Below are positions 58,317 to 64,000 of a DNA stretch of 64,000 nt, piece after piece. The DNA is from a phage, in sequence record PZ445550.1. One strand, written 5' to 3'. The notes under the pieces were generated by a model that searched no databases, had not been told where the DNA came from, and worked only from the letters and a program-made list of their open reading frames with translations. Numbering within the stretch: the stretch's first letter is position 1; each line of letters begins with the position of its first letter. The translations under genes and the position numbers were made by a program.

Positions 58317-59155
58317 TGCAACAATATTTAAAAATTCTAACAGATGTAATTTTACTAGGTGAACCACGTAACGATCGTACAGGAACAGGCACAGTTTCAA
58401 TTTTTGATTCCTATGCTAAGTTCGATCTACGTGAGGGATTTCCTGCCGTAACCACTAAACGTCTAGCTTGGAAATCGGTAGTTGGAGAACTCTTATGGTT
58501 CTTGTCCGGATCTACAAATCTCCATGATCTGCGTGTATTCACATTTGGGCGTGACGAAGGACAGTGGACTATTTGGACTCCAAACTATGAAGACCAAGCT
58601 TTAAGTATGGGATACGATAATGGTAATCTAGGGCCAGTATATGGTAAACAATGGCGTAATTTTGGCGGACGAGATCAGATTCTAGAACTCATTGAGGGGC
58701 TTAAGAACGACCCACATGGTCGTAGACATCTAGTATCCGCATGGAACGTTGCTGAACTGGATAAGATGGCGTTACCGCCTTGTCATTATGGTTTCCAGTG
58801 TTATGTAAGTAATGATGGATACTTAGACCTTAAATGGACACAACGTTCTGTAGATTGTTTCCTAGGCCTACCGTTCAATATTGCTAGTTATGCTTTGTTA
58901 ACTCATATATTAGCAAAACTAACTGGATTAAAGCCACGCTATCTCATCTTTAGTGGTGGTGATACTCATATCTATAATGACCATATGGAACAGGTAGAAG
59001 AACAGGTAAAACGTATACCTCGCTGTTTACCAACTCTAGTAATGCCAGAGTTTGTAGACCTTTATGACTTATTAGAAAACAATACAGCAGCTTGGTCATT
59101 CCATTTAGAAGGATATGACCCTCACCCAGCTCTTAAAGCTAAAATGTCTTCTTAA
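58316..59155 (+). CDS. thyA: Thymidylate synthase
   Basis: Active-site motif LPPCHYGFQCYV, plus DLRVFTFG and GDTHIY. Confidence 0.9.
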   Translation: MQQYLKILTDVILLGEPRNDRTGTGTVSIFDSYAKFDLREGFPAVTTKRLAWKSVVGELLWFLSGSTNLHDLRVFTFGRDEGQWTIWTPNYEDQALSMGYDNGNLGPVYGKQWRNFGGRDQILELIEGLKNDPHGRRHLVSAWNVAELDKMALPPCHYGFQCYVSNDGYLDLKWTQRSVDCFLGLPFNIASYALLTHILAKLTGLKPRYLIFSGGDTHIYNDHMEQVEEQVKRIPRCLPTLVMPEFVDLYDLLENNTAAWSFHLEGYDPHPALKAKMSS

Positions 59156-59160
59156 TTCAG

Positions 59161-59185
59161 ATAGCCCTTCGGGGCTATTATATTT
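59161..59185 (+). terminator. Hairpin terminator after thyA
   Basis: ATAGCCC-TTCG-GGGCTAT followed by an AT-rich tract. Confidence 0.45.
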
Positions 59186-59194
59186 AAATTTTAT

Positions 59195-59223
59195 TTGCTT
59201 ATTTAATAAAATTTAAATATAAT
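59195..59223 (+). promoter_or_regulatory. Early promoter
   Basis: TTGCTT, 17-bp spacer, TATAAT, then GGAGG and ATG 59249. Confidence 0.55.
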
Positions 59224-59248
59224 ATATCTTATAAATTGGAGGTATATA

Positions 59249-59530
59249 ATGATTTCAGCCAAAGAAGCCCAAGAACTTGCAGGATTAACAGAAGTACCTG
59301 CATTTCTAAAATTTATAGAAGAAAAGATTGTAGCAGCCGCGAAATCTGGAAATACAGAAGTAATTATCCGTGATAATCCTTATGCTATGTGGTTATATAA
59401 TCCTCGGGAGATGTCAGGAGCAGCTAAATCGGTAATAAAAACTCTAGCCGATAAGGGTTATAACCTATCTCAATATTACCGAGAAGCTGCCTTTGTAGAT
59501 ATGGGTCTTAAAATTAATTGGGAGGTATAA
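59249..59530 (+). CDS. Hypothetical protein
   Basis: 93-aa ORF with good ribosome-binding site. Confidence 0.45.
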   Translation: MISAKEAQELAGLTEVPAFLKFIEEKIVAAAKSGNTEVIIRDNPYAMWLYNPREMSGAAKSVIKTLADKGYNLSQYYREAAFVDMGLKINWEV

Positions 59531-59799
59531 TGTCTATTCTTTTATCTGCAAATGAAGCAAGAAATGCTACTATTGATACTTTAACTCAAGAACTGGCTAT
59601 GCTAGAAGCAAAAGTAGCTGTAGAAATTGATAAGTGTATTAAGAGAAGAGATTTTAAATGTACAATATCTAACATTGGTAGTTTTTCAGAAGCAGCTCGT
59701 ACTAATCTAATTGATAAACTACGAAAACTAGGATATTCAGCCGAAGTTGACTATAATCAGCGCGAAGGTTATTGGGTAACTATTGATTGGAGCAAATAA
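59518..59799 (+). CDS. Hypothetical protein
   Basis: 93-aa ORF; stop overlaps the RNase H start (TAATG). Confidence 0.4.
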   Translation: MGGIMSILLSANEARNATIDTLTQELAMLEAKVAVEIDKCIKRRDFKCTISNIGSFSEAARTNLIDKLRKLGYSAEVDYNQREGYWVTIDWSK

Positions 59800-60275
59800 T
59801 GTCGGTTTTCCACGTATATACAGATGGCGCTTGTAAATCTAATCCTGGCCCAGGAGCTTGGGGATTTATCGTCTATGACGATAATGATGATCGTCTAGGA
59901 TCTAAATCTGGCTATAATCCTAAAACCACTAATAACGAGATGGAACTAACTGCTATAGTAGAGGCTCTTCGCTGGTCAGTTAAAAAGAATAATCGCCCTC
60001 TGTCTATTTATACAGACTCTGCTTATTGTAAAAACGGCATGGAAAGCTGGATGTTTGCCTGGCAGAAGAAAGGTTGGAAGAAAGCAGATGGTGAAGTTCC
60101 TCTTAATCTGGAGCTTTGGCAAGAAGCATTTAAATTAACTCAACAATATATTAACTTTCATAATACTAACCCTACCTTTATAAAAGTTAAGGGGCATTCA
60201 GGAATTAGTGGTAATGAAGCTGTAGATGCTCTATGTAATACAGTTATTACTGAAGCTGAGATGGCTGAGATGTAA
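59799..60275 (+). CDS. rnhA: Ribonuclease H
   Basis: RNase H fold motifs VYTDGAC, ELTAIVEAL, IYTDSAY, KGHSGISGNEAVDAL. Confidence 0.8.
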   Translation: MSVFHVYTDGACKSNPGPGAWGFIVYDDNDDRLGSKSGYNPKTTNNEMELTAIVEALRWSVKKNNRPLSIYTDSAYCKNGMESWMFAWQKKGWKKADGEVPLNLELWQEAFKLTQQYINFHNTNPTFIKVKGHSGISGNEAVDALCNTVITEAEMAEM

Positions 60276-60295
60276 TAAATAAATTAAAAATTCTC

Positions 60296-60324
60296 TTGCT
60301 TAAAGCCCTCTAATTTAGTATAAT
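60296..60324 (+). promoter_or_regulatory. Early promoter
   Basis: TTGCTT, 17-bp spacer, TATAAT; flanked by a 9-bp inverted repeat AAAGCCCTC / GAGGGCTTT. Confidence 0.5.
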
Positions 60325-60351
60325 ATTCATATTGAAAGTGAGGAGGGCTTT

Positions 60352-60630
60352 ATGCGAACTTATAACTCAAATTCATTAGGATTTAAACCATTGAGAAAAC
60401 GTGCACAATCACCTCGCCAAATAAGAAAGGCTAATATTGGTGAACCAGAAACACGTCTTCCACCTCCTCCAGAACAACGTTTAGTTTATCTGGATGAAGA
60501 ATTAGCTGAACGAGAAAGAAAAGCCCAGGAAGAGATTGAGCGTAAGAAAATGTGTACTGCTCCAGCGTACAATAAAGGAGCATACCAATACGTTTCCAAC
60601 ACCGAACAAGCTAAGATGGTTGGTAGATAA
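60352..60630 (+). CDS. Hypothetical protein
   Basis: 92-aa ORF behind GAGGAGGG. Confidence 0.4.
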   Translation: MRTYNSNSLGFKPLRKRAQSPRQIRKANIGEPETRLPPPPEQRLVYLDEELAERERKAQEEIERKKMCTAPAYNKGAYQYVSNTEQAKMVGR

Positions 60631-60646
60631 TTTTTAAAAAATTCAT

Positions 60647-60675
60647 TTGCTAAACGCTTCAAATTCTAGTAAAAT
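60647..60675 (+). promoter_or_regulatory. Early promoter
   Basis: TTGCTA, 17-bp spacer, TAAAAT. Confidence 0.45.
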
Positions 60676-60713
60676 ATATTTTATAAATTGATAAACAAAA
60701 AGGAAAACAAATA

Positions 60714-61229
60714 ATGGCTAAGCAGAAAAACGCAAAAACTCAAGCAGCTACTACAGTTAAAACTTTCCCTCAGACTGAAGCTAATCGTAAAGCTCGTTTG
60801 GAACGTCACCTGCGTAAGCATCCTACTGATACGCAGGCTGCACAAGCACTGAATAATCCGGCTCCAATTCGACAGAAGCCGAAGACTAAAAATGCTACCC
60901 GCCAATTCTACAAAATGGTTATGTTTGTAGAAAACTATGGCCACAAAGCTGTCCCAGTAACACTTAGTTTCAACGCTGGTGCTGAGTTGTTTGCTCGCAA
61001 TGGAATGTCCATGAAAGACTACGAGAAAGCAGTTAACCAGAAGCGTAAACCAACGGCAGATGTACTACGTGATACTCGTGGGCAGTTTGGTTCTGTTAAG
61101 CCAAATATCTTCGGTGTAGAGTATAGCAAGGATAATGTTCGTGCTTTATGTTATGGCGTAGGTATTAAATTCACGGGTGATTCCGCTCGAAAATCTACCA
61201 AACCAGCTCGTAAGCGTAAAGGGAAGTAA
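60714..61229 (+). CDS. Hypothetical basic protein
   Basis: 171 aa, Lys/Arg-rich termini, E. coli-optimal codons. Confidence 0.45.
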   Translation: MAKQKNAKTQAATTVKTFPQTEANRKARLERHLRKHPTDTQAAQALNNPAPIRQKPKTKNATRQFYKMVMFVENYGHKAVPVTLSFNAGAELFARNGMSMKDYEKAVNQKRKPTADVLRDTRGQFGSVKPNIFGVEYSKDNVRALCYGVGIKFTGDSARKSTKPARKRKGK

Positions 61230-61232
61230 TAG

Positions 61233-61252
61233 ATAGGGGCGAAAGCCCCTAC
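61233..61252 (+). other. GNRA-tetraloop hairpin (GGGGC-GAAA-GCCCC)
   Basis: Perfect 6-bp GC stem with GAAA loop, no T-run; same element recurs at 61513-61530. Confidence 0.5.
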
Positions 61253-61288
61253 AATCAACTAATTCTCTAACTAATCAAGGATATTTTT

Positions 61289-61504
61289 ATGTTCTCTAAG
61301 AAACCACGTTCCGTTACTGAAATCGTTGCTTCCTTTACTACTATCACTGATGAACTTCAGGCCCGTATTGAGGCTGATCAGAAAATCGCCGCTGATATTC
61401 AGAAACAGCAGGAAGAACTTGCTCTGAAGTTGGCCGAAACTAATAAGAGTGAAAAATCTGCTCAAACCATTAAGGAAAATATCCTTAAACTGTTGGGCAA
61501 GTAA
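61289..61504 (+). CDS. Hypothetical small coiled-coil protein
   Basis: 71-aa ORF. Confidence 0.4.
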   Translation: MFSKKPRSVTEIVASFTTITDELQARIEADQKIAADIQKQQEELALKLAETNKSEKSAQTIKENILKLLGK

Positions 61505-61512
61505 TTTAAATT

Positions 61513-61537
61513 AGGGGGCGAAAGCCCCTCTTATTTG
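61513..61537 (+). terminator. Hairpin terminator (GGGGC-GAAA-GCCCC plus T-rich tail)
   Basis: GC stem with GAAA loop followed by TCTTATTT. Confidence 0.45.
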
Positions 61538-61545
61538 GAGAAACT

Positions 61546-61782
61546 ATGCGTAATTTTGTTGCAAAAAATGATTTTAACCGTGCTAGCACTCATAAGTCAG
61601 CTAGAGACTACACACGGCTTTCTAGCCATGAGGTAATGGATACTTGTTATGAAGAGCTAGAGGATAGCTGGGATGAATGGCCAGATTTCTTTATGGAAGA
61701 AAACTGGGATGTTAGTGAGGATATGCTTCCTGGTTTTAAAGACCCCAAGAAGTGGGAGTCTATTAAAGAGACAGCTTTTTAA
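61546..61782 (+). CDS. Hypothetical acidic protein
   Basis: 78-aa ORF. Confidence 0.4.
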   Translation: MRNFVAKNDFNRASTHKSARDYTRLSSHEVMDTCYEELEDSWDEWPDFFMEENWDVSEDMLPGFKDPKKWESIKETAF

Positions 61783-61810
61783 TAGATTTCTATACAATAA
61801 AGGATAAGTT

Positions 61811-62512
61811 ATGAAAGTAAAACCATTTGGTATGTTAGATATTGAATCCCTAGGAACTCCAGGAGATTGTGGTACTACTCATATCGCAATGCCTTCTTTC
61901 GCTTTTGTGGCTATGCACGGAATTGATAAAGATCCAGGGCTGGTATTTGTTACTTTAGATGTGCAAGATCAGCTTAATTCTGGAGCTAAAGTTACAGCAT
62001 CTACTCTAGCATTCTGGATGGATCAGGCTAAGAATAGCCCATCTGCTCTCCACATTATGGAAGCTATGAAGGGATGTAACCCAACTCTAACCGCTTTCCA
62101 AGATGGTAAACATCATTGCACTAATAAACTTGGCTCTAACTATGCTGCCTACTCTATGGTTCAAAACATCATGGAGTTAGCATTAGGAGAGAATGCTCTA
62201 TATTATGGTAATGGCCCAGAGTTTGATATGACTATCTACTCTGCAAATACATTCCATGCTGGAACCAATGAAGAAATAGTTCCGTGGAAATTCTGGAACT
62301 TAGGTAATGTTCGATCACTTCGTAATCTTTGGATGCAAGCTGGCTATAGTTATAAAGATTTAGAGTCTGAAGGTATTAGCTGGGCAAAAGCTAAAATGGA
62401 GAAGATGGACACTATTCGTTATGGAATCTATCCGGTTAAGCACGACCCGGCATTCGATGCCTTAGTTGAAAGTTATTGTGTTGCAGCTATGATCGAAAAA
62501 ATCAAAATTTGA
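61811..62512 (+). CDS. Putative DEDDh-type 3'-5' exonuclease (DnaQ-like fold)
   Basis: Motif I GMLDIESLG (D-x-E), motif II region YGNGPEFD, motif III HDPAFDAL (H-x-A-x-x-D). Confidence 0.45.
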   Translation: MKVKPFGMLDIESLGTPGDCGTTHIAMPSFAFVAMHGIDKDPGLVFVTLDVQDQLNSGAKVTASTLAFWMDQAKNSPSALHIMEAMKGCNPTLTAFQDGKHHCTNKLGSNYAAYSMVQNIMELALGENALYYGNGPEFDMTIYSANTFHAGTNEEIVPWKFWNLGNVRSLRNLWMQAGYSYKDLESEGISWAKAKMEKMDTIRYGIYPVKHDPAFDALVESYCVAAMIEKIKI

Positions 62513-62513
62513 T

Positions 62514-62542
62514 TTGCTATTAGCCCCAAAATTCTGTATAAT
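62514..62542 (+). promoter_or_regulatory. Early promoter
   Basis: TTGCTA, 17-bp spacer, TATAAT, followed by P_N25-like leader ATATTCATAAATTTGAGA. Confidence 0.55.
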
Positions 62543-62581
62543 ATATTCATAAATTTGAGAAAACAACAAAAGGAAAACAAT

Positions 62582-62764
62582 ATGCCAGTATCTAAAAATG
62601 TTCGTAAAAATGGTAAGAAAGCTACTCGTAATCTGGGTATTCGTCGTATGGTTGAACGTCAATCAGGTGTCCAGAAAATCTTTGATCTGCTAAATCGTGC
62701 TAATCCTAAAATTGATAACAGTAAAGATACTGTTCTGCGTACCTTACTGGCAATTGGTCTGTAA
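62582..62764 (+). CDS. Hypothetical small basic protein
   Basis: ATG 62582 behind AAAAGGAAAACAAT, the same leader as at 60700. Confidence 0.4.
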   Translation: MPVSKNVRKNGKKATRNLGIRRMVERQSGVQKIFDLLNRANPKIDNSKDTVLRTLLAIGL

Positions 62765-62816
62765 TAGACCAACTTTAAATAAATTCAAATCTTAAACTTC
62801 ATATAAGGAAGAAACA

Positions 62817-63455
62817 ATGACTACTCGTATTTCTAAAACTCGTGCTCTGGCAACCATCAAATCCCTGGAAGCTAAAATCCGCAAAGCTACCGAACAGCAT
62901 CTACTGATTGCTGTTGGTGAGGGTAAGGATAAAAATAAGGTTGTAGTTGGCGCTGCAATCGAAGTAGATGCTCTGTCTACTCGTATTAAGACAGATTTCC
63001 AGTCTCTGCTGGATATGATGTCCCAGCGTGATCGTATCAAAGCTGCCCTGATTAAGAGCAACGCGGAAACAATCGTTGAGATTGGTTCTCGTAAAATGAC
63101 TGTTGCGGAAGCAATTGAAGCTAAACGTTCTATGGAGCTTAAAGCTCAGTTGCTGGCTAATATGCGTAAGCAGTTCCATGCTGCTACTGTTAAATTTAAC
63201 ACGCAAAAAGCACAGTTTGATGCTAAATACGAGCGTTTGCAGGATAGCATGGCTACCCGTGATAAGAAAACTTCCGAAGATGAAGTTAAAATGCAGCTCA
63301 ACCTGTTGGAACTTAAGAATACCCCATTCTTGATTGACCCGCTGGAGCTGGAAAAGCTGATCAAGCAGCATGACGAGGAATACCAGGACTTTGCAACAAA
63401 TGTTGATTTTGTTCTGTCTGAGTCTAATGCTTCTACTTTTATCGAAGTAGAGTAA
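62817..63455 (+). CDS. Hypothetical protein
   Basis: 212-aa ORF, E. coli-optimal codons, AGGAAG ribosome-binding site. Confidence 0.5.
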   Translation: MTTRISKTRALATIKSLEAKIRKATEQHLLIAVGEGKDKNKVVVGAAIEVDALSTRIKTDFQSLLDMMSQRDRIKAALIKSNAETIVEIGSRKMTVAEAIEAKRSMELKAQLLANMRKQFHAATVKFNTQKAQFDAKYERLQDSMATRDKKTSEDEVKMQLNLLELKNTPFLIDPLELEKLIKQHDEEYQDFATNVDFVLSESNASTFIEVE

Positions 63456-63838
63456 TAATTTAAAAGCTAGTAAATCGGTAGACGAAAGCCCAAGCATCTT
63501 ACCTCGCAGCAGCGGTTGAAATACGAGGTTAAATAAGACCGCTGACCATACTATAAAGTATAATCTATTGGAGATTATGTTTATTACATCAGACATTTAA
63601 TCTGACACGTAAAAACAAAGCGTGGTTGGTAGTACCAACACAACTTCAAAGATCAACATTTAAGTATGAAAGCTGAAAAGTTTAAAGAACTCAAACTTCT
63701 AAACTTCTAAAGCTAAAAGATGCAAAGTATTCGTTGATGATTCAAACCCTAGATCAAAGGTACATGGCTCATAAGATATGGCCTGTGGCGCCTCTAGGCT
63801 GTTTATCGGTTTACTAGTTTCATAATTTAAAAATGTAT

Positions 63839-63867
63839 TTGCTAATTTACTAAGTTATCTGTATAAT
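63839..63867 (+). promoter_or_regulatory. Early promoter
   Basis: TTGCTA, 17-bp spacer, TATAAT, then GAGG and ATG 63898. Confidence 0.55.
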
Positions 63868-63897
63868 ATATTTTTAAATTGATGAAACGAGGCTATT

Positions 63898-64000
63898 ATG
63901 ACTTTTCATATTTTGATTGATGATGTACGTAACCTTCACGGAATGGACATTATCATTCGAACCCCCGAAGCCGCTGTCGAGTTTCTGAATAAAACTGATA
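63898..64000 (+). CDS. Hypothetical protein, 5' fragment (runs off window)
   Basis: ATG with promoter and ribosome-binding site upstream; truncated by window end. Confidence 0.35.
   Translation, partial: MTFHILIDDVRNLHGMDIIIRTPEAAVEFLNKTD

Noticed and set aside
62901-63596. 231-aa minus-strand ORF overlapping the 62817-63455 + strand gene
   Set aside because: The + strand gene has a ribosome-binding site, optimal codon usage and fits the local transcription direction; the minus-strand translation is Leu/Phe-rich.

Overview
The window reads as a contiguous segment of a T5-like siphovirus genome (Tequintavirus-type), judged from gene order, protein lengths and motifs visible in the translations; no database search was run. 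Positions 1-24806 (+ strand) hold the late structural module: large terminase, HNH endonuclease, portal, Ig-domain decoration protein, prohead protease, major capsid protein, connector proteins, tail tube protein, chaperones, a 1226-aa tape measure, distal tail protein, baseplate hub, pb4-like protein, collar protein and a two-gene L-shaped tail fibre locus. It converges at a bidirectional terminator (about 24816-24848) on a minus-strand early module (24851-52714): dUTPase, flap endonuclease, SbcCD-like nuclease pair, an inserted HNH homing endonuclease, two helicases, DNA polymerase, primase, split NAD-dependent ligase, many small early genes and anaerobic RNR NrdD. From about 52715 a divergent + strand early module follows: PhoH, NrdA, NrdB, DHFR, ThyA, RNase H, a DEDDh-type exonuclease and small proteins. 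Early genes are driven by repeated strong sigma70-type promoters of the T5 P_N25 family. The most interesting candidate for an undescribed system is a ten-gene early operon (47279-50740, minus strand) encoding a Sir2-like protein, a HAD-like hydrolase and two pairs of small tandem paralogs. No CRISPR array, tRNA or rRNA was recognised.
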